Positions 28,546-39,664 of a stretch of DNA of 64,000 bases are shown piece after piece. Each line of letters begins with the position of its first letter. The first letter of the stretch is position 1. The notes under the pieces were generated by a model that was not told where the DNA came from, made no database searches, and saw nothing but the letters and a program-made list of their open reading frames with translations. The DNA is from Patescibacteria group bacterium (GTDB taxonomy: Bacteria > Patescibacteriota > Microgenomatia > Levybacterales > UBA12049), in NCBI GenBank assembly GCA_035946335.1, contig DASYZL010000006.1, positions 106,594-170,593 on the forward strand, given 5' to 3'. Made by a program: the position numbers and the translations under genes.

Positions 28546-28784
28546 GGAATATAAAAATCACTTCTCGTACAGAACTACCCTCAGCAATTGAAAACAACCG
28601 GTGAGACGATAGTAAAATCAAACGCACTCCCATCTCACCCAGTTTTCCTCGATTTAATTGTCACTTCCCGCCAAGAGTAAATTTTTCAAAATAAACCACA
28701 CACAAATATACCATCAGGAGCTAAGCTTATTAGCCTGAAGACTATTGAAATTGATGGCACGACACAGAACCAACTGCAAATAAG

Positions 28785-29549
28785 CTACGCACTGGTAAGA
28801 ATTCTAACTCCGTTTTCAGTTACCGCGACAGTCCGTTCAAAAAGCCCTGATAAACTTCCATCTTCTGTCACAATTGTCCATCCATCTTTTTTGTACGCTA
28901 TATGAGAACTTCCCATGTTGTAAATCACTTCGATCGCAATTGTCATACCTTCTTTGAGAAGCGGCGTTTTCTCAATAGGGCGGGCAAGGTATCCTGGAAT
29001 TTCCGGATCTTCATGTAATTCATATCCAACACCGTGTCCGATAAGTTCCCGTGTTACACCATAACCTGCTCCATCCTCAACAATCATTTGAATTGTTTTG
29101 GAGATGTGGCCTACTCGATTTCCTGGTTTTACCTGCTTGATTGCAAATTCCAATGCCTTTTTCCCTGTGTCTAAAAATTGTATGACTTGTGCAGATGCAT
29201 GCGCTTTACCCCCAACAATAATTGTTTCGGCCATATCTGTTTGCAATCCTTCAAAAATAACACCGCAGTCAACGCCAAACACATCACCGTTTTTCAATAC
29301 GTAATCTGTAGGGATACCATGGACAATGACATTATTTGTTGACGCACAAATAGCGTGATGATACCCAGGAACGTGTTGAAATGCCGGTTCGCCACCCTTT
29401 TCCCTGATAAGCTTTTCTGCTAATGCGTCAAGCTCTAGTTCACTCACCCCTGGCTTCGCCTGTTCAGTAATAGCAAAAACTGTCTCTGCCAATATTTTTC
29501 CACCTTTTCGCATTGCGGCAATTTCTTGAGGCGTCTTGAGAGAAATCAT
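28785..29549 (-). CDS. map: Type I methionine aminopeptidase
   Basis: 254 aa; pita-bread fold with the metal-ligand pattern (DxxD...H...E...E). Confidence 0.9.
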   Translation of the reverse strand: MISLKTPQEIAAMRKGGKILAETVFAITEQAKPGVSELELDALAEKLIREKGGEPAFQHVPGYHHAICASTNNVIVHGIPTDYVLKNGDVFGVDCGVIFEGLQTDMAETIIVGGKAHASAQVIQFLDTGKKALEFAIKQVKPGNRVGHISKTIQMIVEDGAGYGVTRELIGHGVGYELHEDPEIPGYLARPIEKTPLLKEGMTIAIEVIYNMGSSHIAYKKDGWTIVTEDGSLSGLFERTVAVTENGVRILTSA

Positions 29550-30232
29550 TGCTTTCTCCTTTCAATTTCTTTGAGTATTTTTTCTACTGTTTCTTCTTCA
29601 GAAAGATTTGAATCATCCAGGACAAAATATCCGTATTTTTCTGGTTCCAGCACTAACGGATCCGCTTCTCTATGCGTATCACGATAATCCCTTTCTTTGG
29701 TATCCTTAAGCATTTGTTCAAATGAAATCCCTGTATTTTGTTTTCCACCCATCTGTTCATATCGTCGTTTTGCCCGAACTTCAGGCGTTGCTGTTAAATA
29801 GATTTTGAGAAACGCGTCAGGTAAAATTCGTGTTGCTGCGTCCCGTGCTTCTGCAATGACAACAAACCCTTTTTCCATCTTTTCTTTTGCAATGCTTCGT
29901 TGCCTCTTGACCATTTCCTGTCGCACCTGGGAAATCGCAGCAACTTTTGCAACAGATTGTGTCACATCCCGTTTTTTGATCCGTTCAGTAATATCTTCTC
30001 CGTTCATATACGTTGTTGCATTATCCAGGGTAAAGGTGATTGTCTGCAATGCGACAAGCACCTTCTCTTTATCGCTCACTGGAATATTGTGTTGCAAACA
30101 ATACAGCGTCAAACCCCGATACATTGCCCCTGTGTAGAGATGAAAACCATGGAGTTTTTTTGCAATGAGTGCGGCAATTGTCCCTTTCCCTGCTGCAACC
30201 GGACCATCAATTGCTATTGCATATCCATTCAT
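29546..30232 (-). CDS. cmk: Cytidylate kinase
   Basis: 228 aa; GPVAAGKGT P-loop and the Cmk core; ATGA overlap with map. Confidence 0.8.
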   Translation of the reverse strand: MNGYAIAIDGPVAAGKGTIAALIAKKLHGFHLYTGAMYRGLTLYCLQHNIPVSDKEKVLVALQTITFTLDNATTYMNGEDITERIKKRDVTQSVAKVAAISQVRQEMVKRQRSIAKEKMEKGFVVIAEARDAATRILPDAFLKIYLTATPEVRAKRRYEQMGGKQNTGISFEQMLKDTKERDYRDTHREADPLVLEPEKYGYFVLDDSNLSEEETVEKILKEIERRKQ

Positions 30233-30240
30233 GAAGTTTA

Positions 30241-30795
30241 TTATTTAATAGCTTTCAGTATCTGCTGGTGAATGTCATCAATACGCTGTTCACCGTCAAT
30301 TTCAATAAGAAGACCTTTTTTCCGATAGTAATCCATAACAGGTTCTGTATATTTATGGAACAAATCAATTCGTTTACGTACTGCGGCAAGCGTTTCATCT
30401 TCTCTGTCTACGCTGCCACGACTGGAAAGGCGCCATAATGCTTCTTTATCTGAAACTTTCAGATAAATCGCTTTGGTAATACCGTTATGAAATTCTTCTG
30501 CTTGCTTCACTGTTCTGGGAAATCCATCCATGATGTAGCCGTTTTGGTATTCAGGACGCGACAGGTAATCCTGGACAATTTCCAGCGTTTTTATGTCCGG
30601 GATTAAATACCCTGCATTGATAGTTTCCTTAATATACCGCCCAAGTGGTGATTTTTCTTTCGCCATCTCACGAAAAATATGCCCTGTTGAAAGGTAAGGA
30701 ATATGCAATACGTCATGCAGTAAATTTCCCTGCGTTGATTTGCCGGCTCCTTGAATACCGATAAGAATAATTTTCGTTGGCTTAGAATTGGTCAT
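30241..30795 (-). CDS. adk: Adenylate kinase (short form, no zinc lid)
   Basis: 184 aa; [12 protein letters not shown]-loop. Confidence 0.9.
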   Translation of the reverse strand: MTNSKPTKIILIGIQGAGKSTQGNLLHDVLHIPYLSTGHIFREMAKEKSPLGRYIKETINAGYLIPDIKTLEIVQDYLSRPEYQNGYIMDGFPRTVKQAEEFHNGITKAIYLKVSDKEALWRLSSRGSVDREDETLAAVRKRIDLFHKYTEPVMDYYRKKGLLIEIDGEQRIDDIHQQILKAIK

Positions 30796-32062
30796 AGTTT
30801 CGCATCACTAGCTGTGCTTCAAGCCCTTTCACTGTTTCTAGAATAACAGAAACGATAATCAGAATACTTGTACCGCCTAAAAGCAATGTCTGAATACCGG
30901 TTAATGTTTTGGCAATGGTCGGAAAAATCGCTACAATTCCTAGAAATAATGCACCAACCAGAGTAATCCGCGTTAAAACAGTGTTCAAAAAGTTTGCTGT
31001 CGGCGTTCCGGGGCGAATGCCGGGGATAAATCCCCCATACTTTTGTATTTCCTCTGCAATTTTTTTCGGATTAAAAATAATTGCCGTATAAAAATAGGTG
31101 AAACCAACAACAAGGACAAAGTAAATAGCGTTATATAAAAACTGATTTGGATCAAACCACACCGCAATACCTGTTGCTAAGTTGTGAAGAACAGGATTTG
31201 TGGAAGTGGCAAAATAGTTACCGAGAAGGGATGGAATCAATACCAGCGAAACGGCAAAAATAATCGGAATAACACCTGCCTGGTTAAGGCGAAGTGGCAA
31301 ATGAGTATTTTGTCCACCATACATTTTATTACCGCGAACCCTTTTTGCATAGTAAATCGGCACTTTTCTCACTGCTTCGTTAATCGCAACTATCGCAGCA
31401 ATAACAATTAAACCAAGAACCGCAAAGAAGAGCACATTGACAAAATTCTGTCCGCTTGTTGTTGAAGCAGTCTGCGTAATTACCACCGGTAACCGTCCGA
31501 TAATACCGGCAAATATCAGGAGCGAAATACCGTTACCAACGCCTCTTTCTGTGACAAGCTCACCAAGCCAAACGAGCAGCATTGTTCCTGCAGTCATAGT
31601 GACAACGAACCCGACAAGCTGGAGCGGAGAGAGAGAAGTGACAAGGTTCTGACTCTTCAATAAAGCAAACATACCAACCGCCTGCAGTGCTGCAAGCGGA
31701 ACAGTCAGAAGGCGGGTGTATTGATTGATCTTCTGTCTGCCTTGATCACCCTCTTTGGAAAGTGCTTCAAGTTGTGGAAAAACCATTGTTAGCAATTGCA
31801 AAATAATGCTGGCATTAATATACGGATTGAGCCCAAGTCCCATGACAGAAAAGTTCGCAAGCGTTCCTCCGGAGAAAATATCAAGAAGGCCAAGGAATTG
31901 GTTTTGAGCAAAAAGATTTTTCAGTCCTGCAACATCAACGCCGGCAACCGGAATATGAGCAAAAAAACGAAAGATGATAAGAATTGCTGCGGTAAAGAGG
32001 ATTTTATTGCGGATTGACTCCACCTGAAAACTTCTTTTGAAAATAGTGAGAAAATTATTCAC
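30782..32062 (-). CDS. secY: Preprotein translocase subunit SecY
   Basis: 426 aa, 10 TM helices, conserved SecY plug/hinge regions. Confidence 0.9.
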   Translation of the reverse strand: MNNFLTIFKRSFQVESIRNKILFTAAILIIFRFFAHIPVAGVDVAGLKNLFAQNQFLGLLDIFSGGTLANFSVMGLGLNPYINASIILQLLTMVFPQLEALSKEGDQGRQKINQYTRLLTVPLAALQAVGMFALLKSQNLVTSLSPLQLVGFVVTMTAGTMLLVWLGELVTERGVGNGISLLIFAGIIGRLPVVITQTASTTSGQNFVNVLFFAVLGLIVIAAIVAINEAVRKVPIYYAKRVRGNKMYGGQNTHLPLRLNQAGVIPIIFAVSLVLIPSLLGNYFATSTNPVLHNLATGIAVWFDPNQFLYNAIYFVLVVGFTYFYTAIIFNPKKIAEEIQKYGGFIPGIRPGTPTANFLNTVLTRITLVGALFLGIVAIFPTIAKTLTGIQTLLLGGTSILIIVSVILETVKGLEAQLVMRNYDQF

Positions 32063-32067
32063 GTGAG

Positions 32068-32511
32068 TTATACCTCGACTGTTCCGCCTGCTTTTTCGAT
32101 TTTTTCCTTTGCGATTTTGGAAACCGGCAATTTTACCCTCAGCGCTATTGATAAGTCACCATCTCCTAGAATTTTCACGGTACGATATTTAACATTTTTT
32201 GCCGTAATAATTTTTTTCTCGATAAGCACTTTTGTATCAACAACTGTCCCTTTTGGTAACCCATTGAGTTTTTCAATGTTTACCGACAATGGTTTTTCCT
32301 GGAGTGAATAATTGCGCATTTTACCCCGAAGGAGTGGTAAACGTTTCACAAATGCAAGTGACCCACCGCTATAACGGGTGTACGGAATTGTCCGTCGTGC
32401 TTTTTGTCCTTTTGTACCACGGCCCGACGTTTTGACCCGGCCGCTGCCATGCCCTTGACCGACTCGCCGTTTTTTTCTGTCAGTAATTTTTGGTAATTGT
32501 GAAATATTCAT
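32068..32511 (-). CDS. rplO: 50S ribosomal protein L15
   Basis: 147 aa; GRGxGSGxGKTSGRGxKGQ glycine-rich N-terminal motif. Confidence 0.9.
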   Translation of the reverse strand: MNISQLPKITDRKKRRVGQGHGSGRVKTSGRGTKGQKARRTIPYTRYSGGSLAFVKRLPLLRGKMRNYSLQEKPLSVNIEKLNGLPKGTVVDTKVLIEKKIITAKNVKYRTVKILGDGDLSIALRVKLPVSKIAKEKIEKAGGTVEV

Positions 32512-33008
32512 ATTATTTTCTTTTTTACTGTTTCCTGTCTTGCGCTACGCTTTCTTGCCCATACCTGTATTCGCGTGAGCGCTTCTATTGTCGCGTACAC
32601 ATTACTTGCTTTGTTATCTGAACCCAGTACCTTTGATGAAATATTTGCAATACCTGCTGCTGCAACAACACTTCGTACCGCGCCTCCTGCAATAATCCCA
32701 CTACCAACAGGGGCTGGCTTGAGCATTACTTTTGCCGCATCTTTCTTGACAATAATATCGAAGGGAATCGTCCCACCTTTTACAATCGGAACATCTATCA
32801 TGTGCTTTTTTGCAACAACAATTGCCTTTTTGATAGCAGAAGACACATCTGCTGCTTTTGCATGACCAACCCCAACTTTTCCCTTTTTATTCCCCACAAC
32901 GGTAAGAGCTGCAAAACTTACTTTATTGCCTCCCTGTGTTTTTTTGGAAATCCGATTAATCTGGATTACCTCTTCTGCAAATTCTCCTTGTCCACTTCTG
33001 TCTGCCAT
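32508..33008 (-). CDS. rpsE: 30S ribosomal protein S5
   Basis: Start trimmed to MADRSGQGEFAEE... (the track started at 33041). Its stop overlaps the rplO start by 4 nt, leaving no room for rpmD (L30). Confidence 0.85.
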   Translation of the reverse strand: MADRSGQGEFAEEVIQINRISKKTQGGNKVSFAALTVVGNKKGKVGVGHAKAADVSSAIKKAIVVAKKHMIDVPIVKGGTIPFDIIVKKDAAKVMLKPAPVGSGIIAGGAVRSVVAAAGIANISSKVLGSDNKASNVYATIEALTRIQVWARKRSARQETVKKKII

Positions 33009-33009
33009 A

Positions 33010-33348
33010 TTAGAATTCCAATCCTCCCTCCCGCACGGCATCTGCTAATGCCTTCACGCGTCCGTGATATTTGTACATTCCTTTATCAAACACAACGTGT
33101 TTTACTTTTTTACTCAGTGCTTTCTTTGCAAACTCAAGTCCCAATGCCTTTGCCTTTTCTGTTTTTGTCCCTTTTGTACCCAATGTTTTTTCAGACAAAC
33201 CAAGAATAGTTTTTTGCAAGGTGTCATCAATAATTTGTACTGCAAGATGAGCATTTGAGCGATACACGGATAACCGTGGCAATGTACTTACCCTACGAAT
33301 GTTGTGTCGAATGCGTTTTGCCCGTTTTTGTTTTTGTATTGTCTTCAT
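33010..33348 (-). CDS. rplR: 50S ribosomal protein L18
   Basis: Start trimmed by codon arithmetic to MKTIQKQKRAKRIRHNIRR... (the track ORF extends to 33474 and would overlap rplF). Confidence 0.8.
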   Translation of the reverse strand: MKTIQKQKRAKRIRHNIRRVSTLPRLSVYRSNAHLAVQIIDDTLQKTILGLSEKTLGTKGTKTEKAKALGLEFAKKALSKKVKHVVFDKGMYKYHGRVKALADAVREGGLEF

Positions 33349-33349
33349 A

Positions 33350-33901
33350 TTATTTTGTTCCAACTGTTTTTGCAGCTTTTCCTGCTTTTCTCCTGATATG
33401 CTCTCCAACATATTTAATGCCTTTGCCTTTATATGGTTCGGGTTTTCGTACTGCGCGTACTTTTGCCGCAACATCTCCTACAAGCGCTTTATCGATACCG
33501 GACACAACAATAACATTTTCGCTCACAGCAAAAGTAATACCTGCAGGCGCCTGTATTTTGACCGGATGTGAATAACCAACAGACAATGTTAATTCCTGTC
33601 CATTTGCGTTTGCTCGATAGCCAACACCGGAAAGCTCGAGACGTTTCTCAAACCCTGTTGCGACACCTTTTACCATATTGGCAAGCAGGGCGCGTGATAA
33701 TCCATATAGAGCTTTTGTTTCTTCCTGTGTCTTTACTTCCTGGGAAATTGAAATTAAATTATCAGCAACTTTTGCCGTAATACCTTTCGGAATAGCAAAT
33801 TGCAACTGTCCTTTTGGCCCACTGACTCGCATGATTTGATCCGCAAGTATTGCGGTAACGCCTTGTGGAATTACAACTGGTATTTTTCCTATTTTTGACA
33901 T
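33350..33901 (-). CDS. rplF: 50S ribosomal protein L6
   Basis: 183 aa; MSKIGKIPVVIPQGV... L6 N-terminus. Confidence 0.9.
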   Translation of the reverse strand: MSKIGKIPVVIPQGVTAILADQIMRVSGPKGQLQFAIPKGITAKVADNLISISQEVKTQEETKALYGLSRALLANMVKGVATGFEKRLELSGVGYRANANGQELTLSVGYSHPVKIQAPAGITFAVSENVIVVSGIDKALVGDVAAKVRAVRKPEPYKGKGIKYVGEHIRRKAGKAAKTVGTK

Positions 33902-33902
33902 A

Positions 33903-34304
33903 TTACCAAACCGTAAAAAGCAGTTCGCCTCCCAAACCCTTTTGCGATGCCTCCTTTCCAGTCATTACGCCTTTATTTGTTGAAACAACCGTGATGCCAA
34001 TACCTTTCCCTTTTAAACGCGCTCCGTCAAGAGCTTTCGCGTATTGACGAAGCGATGGTTTTGATAGAATTTTTACGTCTGTAAGTACTGGTAAGCGCTT
34101 GTCATAGGTAATCTCTGCAACGAGTACTCTTTTCTTATCAATCGTTTCCTCTGTAACTTGCTGCAAAAATCCCTCATGAATCAATACACGACACATTTCT
34201 TTTGCCAGCTTTGCGTATGGCAATATAACGGTGCGGCGGCGGGCAAGCGAAGCATTCTTTATCCGAATAAGTACATCTGATACAACGTATGCCATAGTTA
34301 CCAA
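33903..34304 (-). CDS. rpsH: 30S ribosomal protein S8
   Basis: 133 aa; ...[10 protein letters not shown]... motif. Confidence 0.9.
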   Translation of the reverse strand: MVTMAYVVSDVLIRIKNASLARRRTVILPYAKLAKEMCRVLIHEGFLQQVTEETIDKKRVLVAEITYDKRLPVLTDVKILSKPSLRQYAKALDGARLKGKGIGITVVSTNKGVMTGKEASQKGLGGELLFTVW

Positions 34305-34483
34305 CTTGCCTTCAAGACCCCAGGCAATTCTCCTTTCAGGGCGAAACTACGAAAACAATGTCTGCACAATCCAAATCTTCGCATATATGCCCGTGACCGT
34401 CCGCAAATATTGCAACGATTATGCTCACGAGTCATAAATTTTTGTTTGTGTTTAAATTTAACTATATCTGATACTTTTGCCAT
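34298..34483 (-). CDS. rpsZ: 30S ribosomal protein S14 type Z (zinc-binding)
   Basis: 61 aa with CxxC...CxxC ([24 protein letters not shown]). Confidence 0.9.
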   Translation of the reverse strand: MAKVSDIVKFKHKQKFMTREHNRCNICGRSRAYMRRFGLCRHCFRSFALKGELPGVLKASW

Positions 34484-34484
34484 A

Positions 34485-35000
34485 TTACTTTACAAACGGC
34501 ATACCTGTTGCTTTCAACAGTGCATACGCTTCCTTTCTGTCTTTTGCTGATGTCACTACGCAAATCTCTAGTCCCTGTACCCGATCAATCTTTCCTGTAT
34601 CAACTTCGGGAAATACCGTATACTCGGATAATCCCAATGTGTAATTTCCCTTTGTGTCAAATGATGTATTGTTTACCCCCCGGAAATCTTTTACACGTGG
34701 CAGAGCTACGTTAACAAGCTTACTGTAAAAATCACTCATTCGTTTTCCCCGCAATGTAACAACAAGGCCTATTTTATCACCCTCTCGTAGTTTAAAGCTA
34801 GAAATGGATTTTTTTGCCGTTGTCACTTTTGGTTTTTGCCCGGTAATCATCGTTAGCACGTTTTCCGCAACGTCTAATGCTTTCTCTCCATCTGCTTTTT
34901 TAATACCAATATTAACGACTATCTTTTTTAGCCTTGGTATTGCCATTACATTAGTAATTTTTAAATCTTCTTGTAATTTTTTTGTCGTATCGTTTGTCAT
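34485..35000 (-). CDS. rplE: 50S ribosomal protein L5
   Basis: 171 aa L5 core. Confidence 0.9.
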   Translation of the reverse strand: MTNDTTKKLQEDLKITNVMAIPRLKKIVVNIGIKKADGEKALDVAENVLTMITGQKPKVTTAKKSISSFKLREGDKIGLVVTLRGKRMSDFYSKLVNVALPRVKDFRGVNNTSFDTKGNYTLGLSEYTVFPEVDTGKIDRVQGLEICVVTSAKDRKEAYALLKATGMPFVK

Positions 35001-35001
35001 A

Positions 35002-35307
35002 TTAGATGGTTGCTTCGCATTTTTTGCAAATACGCATTTTTTCCTTTCCTTCTCCTTTGTACCCGACGCGCGTTATCTTTTTGCACTTCGGACAGATAAG
35101 ACGTACATTGGCAATGGGCAACGGCTTGGTAATTGTTATAATTTCCGATTGCTGTCCCTGCTGACGACCTTTCATATGCCGTTTATATTGATTTACCCCA
35201 TTTACCAATACTCTATATTCCTTCGTAAACACTTTCTCAATTTTTCCTGTTTTTCCTTTGTCTTTTCCTGTTACCACTCTCACTTCATCATTTTTTTTTA
35301 GTTTCAT
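35002..35307 (-). CDS. rplX: 50S ribosomal protein L24
   Basis: 101 aa KOW domain (MKLKKNDEVRVVTGKDKGKTG). Confidence 0.9.
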   Translation of the reverse strand: MKLKKNDEVRVVTGKDKGKTGKIEKVFTKEYRVLVNGVNQYKRHMKGRQQGQQSEIITITKPLPIANVRLICPKCKKITRVGYKGEGKEKMRICKKCEATI

Positions 35308-35320
35308 AGCGAATGCTCCT

Positions 35321-35695
35321 TTATACCACTTCTACTGCCATAGATGCAATTTTTGCAAATCCCTTATCTCGCACTTCCCGCGCAACTGGTCCAAAAATAC
35401 GCGTACCACGGGGATTTTTATCTTTCATGGAATCAATGACAACAGCTGCATTATCAGAAAAACGAACGTATGAACCGTCTTTTCGCTTTACTTCTTTTCT
35501 GCTTCGTATTAACACTGCCTTTACGATCTCTCCATCTTTTACCTGTCCTGTAGGAGCAGCTACCTTTACGACGCAGTTCATGATATCACCGATATATCCG
35601 TATTTTCGCTTTGAACCGCCAAAAACATGGATTACCATCAAAGATTTTGCGCCACAATTATCTGCAACGTGCAGTATACTTCTGTGTTGTATCAT
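35321..35695 (-). CDS. rplN: 50S ribosomal protein L14
   Basis: 124 aa; [17 protein letters not shown]... L14 N-terminus. Confidence 0.9.
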   Translation of the reverse strand: MIQHRSILHVADNCGAKSLMVIHVFGGSKRKYGYIGDIMNCVVKVAAPTGQVKDGEIVKAVLIRSRKEVKRKDGSYVRFSDNAAVVIDSMKDKNPRGTRIFGPVAREVRDKGFAKIASMAVEVV

Positions 35696-35925
35696 TGTTT
35701 TTCCTCCATAACTCGAAAGAATTTCTTTTTTGCCATTGGCTTCATTCCAACAATGCTCACCGTATCACCAATCGCGTATTGTTTACTACCGCTGTCAACT
35801 AAAAACTTTTTGCTTCGTTTCATCAGTTTCCTGTACATCGGATGCGCTATCTTTCTTGTCACTTCAACAACAATTGTCTTCTGCATGTTGGCTGAAACAA
35901 CTTTTCCTTGTAAGATTTTAGCCAT
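35692..35925 (-). CDS. rpsQ: 30S ribosomal protein S17
   Basis: 77 aa OB fold. Confidence 0.9.
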   Translation of the reverse strand: MAKILQGKVVSANMQKTIVVEVTRKIAHPMYRKLMKRSKKFLVDSGSKQYAIGDTVSIVGMKPMAKKKFFRVMEEKQ

Positions 35926-36112
35926 TTTTTACCTCCTTCATATGGTATTTTGTTAATAGTCGCGCAATTTCTTTCCGCTTGAAAAAAATTACCCGTGTAT
36001 TTTTTAATTTTCTCATTTGTTTGTCAAGATTAAGCTTAAACAACTCTTCCCGTACTGTTGCAAGTGCTGCTTTTGCATCATGTTGTTCTGTTTTTTCAGT
36101 CTTCTTAGCCAT
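35918..36112 (-). CDS. rpmC: 50S ribosomal protein L29
   Basis: 64 aa helical L29. Confidence 0.85.
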   Translation of the reverse strand: MAKKTEKTEQHDAKAALATVREELFKLNLDKQMRKLKNTRVIFFKRKEIARLLTKYHMKEVKNG

Positions 36113-36114
36113 CC

Positions 36115-36528
36115 TTATAAATCCTCCTTCGCAATAAACCGTGTTTTTACCGGTAATTTATATGCTGCGAGCTTCAAAGCCTGGTGAGCTATATCTTTAG
36201 TCACACCGCCCATTTCAAACAGCATCCGTCCTGGTTTCACTGTCGCAACATATTCGTATACTTCACCCTTTCCTGACCCCATACGTGTCTCCGGTGGCTT
36301 CTTGGTAATCGGTTTATCCGGAAAAATCCGTATCCATATTCTGCCACCCCGCTGGGTAAAGTGGGTAATGGCGCGGCGTGCCGCTTCGATTTGCCTGCTT
36401 GTTACCCACGCTGTCTCTAGCGACTGCAAACCGAACTCACCGAATGAAATTGCTGTTCCTGCATGCGCTGTTCCTTTCATGACACCACGCATTTGCTTGC
36501 GATATTTGACTCGTTTTGGCGCTAACAT
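36115..36528 (-). CDS. rplP: 50S ribosomal protein L16
   Basis: 137 aa; [16 protein letters not shown]16 N-terminus. Confidence 0.9.
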   Translation of the reverse strand: MLAPKRVKYRKQMRGVMKGTAHAGTAISFGEFGLQSLETAWVTSRQIEAARRAITHFTQRGGRIWIRIFPDKPITKKPPETRMGSGKGEVYEYVATVKPGRMLFEMGGVTKDIAHQALKLAAYKLPVKTRFIAKEDL

Positions 36529-37193
36529 TACTTTGCTCCTTCTGTACTCTTTTGGTTAATCCACACTTTCACACCAATGTACCCTTTTTTTGTCAAAGAC
36601 GGATAACTCGCAAAAGTAATCGGCTCGCGAATTGTCGAAAGAGACACTTTACCAAGATGGATTTTTTCACGTCTTCCGATTTCTGACCCAGCGATTCTGC
36701 CAGCCAACATAATTTTGACACCCTTTGCGCCTGCTGTCATAACCCGTTCGGCATTCTGATTTAATACGCGCTTATAGGGCAACCGTTTTGCCAACTGTTC
36801 TGCGATATTTTTCGCAACCAAATATGCGTCAAGATTAGGTTCTTTAACAGGCTCAACACGAATTTCAATCCTCGGCGCATTTTTTCCTGTTTTTTTCGCA
36901 TCTGTCTTTGACAGTAAAGATAGAATAAACTTCTTCAAATCCTCAAGCCCAGTACCCGCACGTCCGATAACCATACCAGGACGGGAAACAAAAACAATAA
37001 TCTTAATACTGTTTATTGACCGCTCAATCTCGACGCGTGCAACACCAGCAAATTTTAGTTTTTCCAATAACGCACTGCGTAATGTGTAGTCCTCAAGAAC
37101 AATATCTTTATAGTTTTTCTTTGCAAACCATCTGCTCTCCCAGTTGTACAGTATGCCCAAACGCAGTGCTTGCGGATTTACTTTTTGTCCCAT
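36528..37193 (-). CDS. rpsC: 30S ribosomal protein S3
   Basis: 221 aa; [14 protein letters not shown]3 N-terminus, KH domain. Confidence 0.9.
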   Translation of the reverse strand: MGQKVNPQALRLGILYNWESRWFAKKNYKDIVLEDYTLRSALLEKLKFAGVARVEIERSINSIKIIVFVSRPGMVIGRAGTGLEDLKKFILSLLSKTDAKKTGKNAPRIEIRVEPVKEPNLDAYLVAKNIAEQLAKRLPYKRVLNQNAERVMTAGAKGVKIMLAGRIAGSEIGRREKIHLGKVSLSTIREPITFASYPSLTKKGYIGVKVWINQKSTEGAK

Positions 37194-37194
37194 A

Positions 37195-37542
37195 TTACTT
37201 TACCTCCTCCTTTTTCTCAGTCAATACCACTTTTATGTGACTTGTTCTCTTTTTATACGGCCTAGTACGACCTCTTGTTGATGCATGGTATCGCTTGAGG
37301 AATGGGCCTTCACCAATTTCCAGCTTTGCAATTATCAACGTATCTGTTGCAACTTTTGCATTGTGCTTTGCATTGGCAACAGCACTTTGCAAGACTTTGC
37401 GAATGGGATATACACCATGCTTATTAGTTACCGCAAGCACATGCAAAGCATCACGTACAGACTTGTTACGGATACTATCTGCAACAAGACGGACTTTCCG
37501 TGTGCTTACTTTTATCGCTTTTGCTTCTGCTGTTATTTCCAT
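37195..37542 (-). CDS. rplV: 50S ribosomal protein L22
   Basis: 115 aa L22 core. Confidence 0.9.
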   Translation of the reverse strand: MEITAEAKAIKVSTRKVRLVADSIRNKSVRDALHVLAVTNKHGVYPIRKVLQSAVANAKHNAKVATDTLIIAKLEIGEGPFLKRYHASTRGRTRPYKKRTSHIKVVLTEKKEEVK

Positions 37543-37551
37543 AATTACTCC

Positions 37552-37836
37552 TTATGTTTTACTGATTTCCCGCGCAACAATGCGCCCGTGACTTCGGAAT
37601 GTTCGTGTCAATGCAAATTCGCCAAGCCGGTGTCCAACCATTCCTTCTACAACAAACACACTGATATGAACACGTCCGTTATGTACGCCAATCGTGTGTC
37701 CGACAAATTCCGGTGGAATTTGACTTGCACGTGCCCATGTTTTGATAACAGTTCTCTCTCCTGTTTCTTTTTGCTTCAAAACTTTTTTCAATAGTTTTTC
37801 GTCAATATATGGTCCTTTTTTTAGTGATCTACTCAT
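37552..37836 (-). CDS. rpsS: 30S ribosomal protein S19
   Basis: Start trimmed to [19 protein letters not shown]... (the track started at 37929). Confidence 0.9.
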   Translation of the reverse strand: MSRSLKKGPYIDEKLLKKVLKQKETGERTVIKTWARASQIPPEFVGHTIGVHNGRVHISVFVVEGMVGHRLGEFALTRTFRSHGRIVAREISKT

Positions 37837-37846
37837 AGTTACTTCG

Positions 37847-38584
37847 TTACTTCTTTCTCCTTTGCATAATGTATTTATTGGAATACTTTTTTGGTCGCCT
37901 TGTCTTACCAACAGCAGGACGCCCTGCATAGGTTTTTGGTGTATTCATACCTATACCGCTTCTTCCTTCCCCTCCACCATGCGGGTGGGAACGAGGATTT
38001 TGTGCAACACCTCGCACTTTTGGTCGCCGTCCCATAAGTCGTGCCCGTCCTGCTTTTCCAATTACTTCGTTTTTATGATCAATGTTCCCGACTTGCCCAA
38101 TCGTCGCATACCCCTCTTGCGAAACTTTTCGAATTTCACCGCTGGGCAATTTAAGATGCACATAATTACCTTCCCGTGCTGCCAGCGTAATTGCAACTCC
38201 TGCTCCCCGTCCAAATTGCCCGCCTTTTCCCGGAGTTAATTCCACATTATGAACCATCGTTCCTACTGGAATTAATCGCATTGGCAGTGCGTTTCCAACT
38301 TTTATCTCTACTTTCTCTCCTGCATGAACTTTATCGTTTATCGCCAAACCAACAGGTCTGAGTATGTATCGTTTGTCGCCATCCGGATAGGTAACAAGTG
38401 CAATTTCACATGTTCTATTCGGATCATATTCGATTGCAATAACTTTACCCGCGATCATTTTATCACGTTTATAGTCAATTGTCCGGAACATCCGTTTCTG
38501 CTGACCTCCTTGATGACGAACGCTTACTTTTCCAGTCGCATCCCTCCCTGAATTTTTCTTTTTAATTGTTTTTAGTTTTTTCAT
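37847..38584 (-). CDS. rplB: 50S ribosomal protein L2
   Basis: Start trimmed to [10 protein letters not shown]...; conserved ...[27 protein letters not shown]... C-terminus. Confidence 0.9.
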   Translation of the reverse strand: MKKLKTIKKKNSGRDATGKVSVRHQGGQQKRMFRTIDYKRDKMIAGKVIAIEYDPNRTCEIALVTYPDGDKRYILRPVGLAINDKVHAGEKVEIKVGNALPMRLIPVGTMVHNVELTPGKGGQFGRGAGVAITLAAREGNYVHLKLPSGEIRKVSQEGYATIGQVGNIDHKNEVIGKAGRARLMGRRPKVRGVAQNPRSHPHGGGEGRSGIGMNTPKTYAGRPAVGKTRRPKKYSNKYIMQRRKK

Positions 38585-38591
38585 ATGTGTT

Positions 38592-38879
38592 TTATGCAAC
38601 ATTTTCGAACAAGGTAATCTTTTGTCCTGCTTTAATGGTTACAATTGCTTTTTTCCAATGTTGCCTTTTCTTCTCAACCCTGCGTACACCTGTCCGTATC
38701 GATCCACCTTTATTGTTCATAGTCGCAACAGCAAGAACATCAACGGTAAAAAATTTTTCAACAGATGCTTTTATATCCTGCTTGGTTGCCGTATTTGCAA
38801 CATGAAACGTATATTTTCCCTTTCCTGCCTGATTCATTGATTTCTCCGTAATGATGGGACGGATAATAACATTTTTCAT
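38592..38879 (-). CDS. rplW: 50S ribosomal protein L23
   Basis: Start trimmed to MKNVIIRPIITEKSMNQ... Confidence 0.85.
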   Translation of the reverse strand: MKNVIIRPIITEKSMNQAGKGKYTFHVANTATKQDIKASVEKFFTVDVLAVATMNNKGGSIRTGVRRVEKKRQHWKKAIVTIKAGQKITLFENVA

Positions 38880-38880
38880 A

Positions 38881-39663
38881 TTATTTTTTCCCTCCAAATG
38901 TCTGCTCGAGCGTCGAAATTGCATCCTTCATAAGGATAATTTTTTTCGCATCCAGTACGATATAGGTGTTAATTCTATTTGCTGCCTGCACGGTCAAATC
39001 TGCAATGTTATTTGCAGCGCGAAATACTGACTGAACGTTTTTGTCCATCACGAGAAGTGTTCTCTCTTTATTCCGTCCAATTTTTTGCAGTGCCTGTGCC
39101 ATAATTTTTGTTTTTGGCTCAAGTTTTTCAAGCCCTGCAACAAGAATAATATCTCCTGCTTGCAATTTTGTGGTCAATGCCGAAAATAGCGCTTTTCGCT
39201 TCATTTTTGTTGGCATAGTAAGCGAATAATCCCGTGGTTTTGGACCATGCGCAATACCTCCTTTGACAAAAATCGGAGCTCTGATTCCACCATGTCGCGC
39301 CCTTCCTGTCCCTTTCTGTCGGTAAATTTTTCGCGTTGAACCTTCTACTTCTCCACGCGTTTTGGTTGAAGCAGTGCCTTTTCGTTGGTTCATTAAATGA
39401 ACTCGTACTGCTTGTGCCATCAGTCGAGCATTTACCTTTGCGGCAAAAATGTTTTCCGGTAATGCCATTGTTTCAACGGTTTTTCCGGAGGTGTCGACAA
39501 CTGTCATCTCAGGAGAAGTTGCTTTTTTTGCTGTCCTTGAAGTAGCTTGGACAGTTGCCTGAATAACAGCGGTATGCTTTTTAGTAGGTATTACTTTCTC
39601 TACGGCTTTCTTTTTTGAAACACTTGTCGCTTTTGTTTTTGTTTGTTTCTTCGCTTCTGCCAT
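38881..39663 (-). CDS. rplD: 50S ribosomal protein L4 with a Lys/Ala-rich N-terminal extension of about 50 aa
   Basis: 260 aa. The L4 core starts near MTVVDTSGKTVETMALPENIF...; the upstream in-frame KA-rich segment abuts the rplC stop (1-nt gap), so it may be a genuine extension. Confidence 0.85.
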   Translation of the reverse strand: MAEAKKQTKTKATSVSKKKAVEKVIPTKKHTAVIQATVQATSRTAKKATSPEMTVVDTSGKTVETMALPENIFAAKVNARLMAQAVRVHLMNQRKGTASTKTRGEVEGSTRKIYRQKGTGRARHGGIRAPIFVKGGIAHGPKPRDYSLTMPTKMKRKALFSALTTKLQAGDIILVAGLEKLEPKTKIMAQALQKIGRNKERTLLVMDKNVQSVFRAANNIADLTVQAANRINTYIVLDAKKIILMKDAISTLEQTFGGKK

Positions 39664-39664
39664 G

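Noticed and set aside
28600-28645. Hairpin GGTGAGA...TCTCACC as a possible map terminator
   Set aside because: Only a 7-bp stem with a 26-nt loop, located about 150 nt from the map stop and followed by a poor U-tract; too weak to call.
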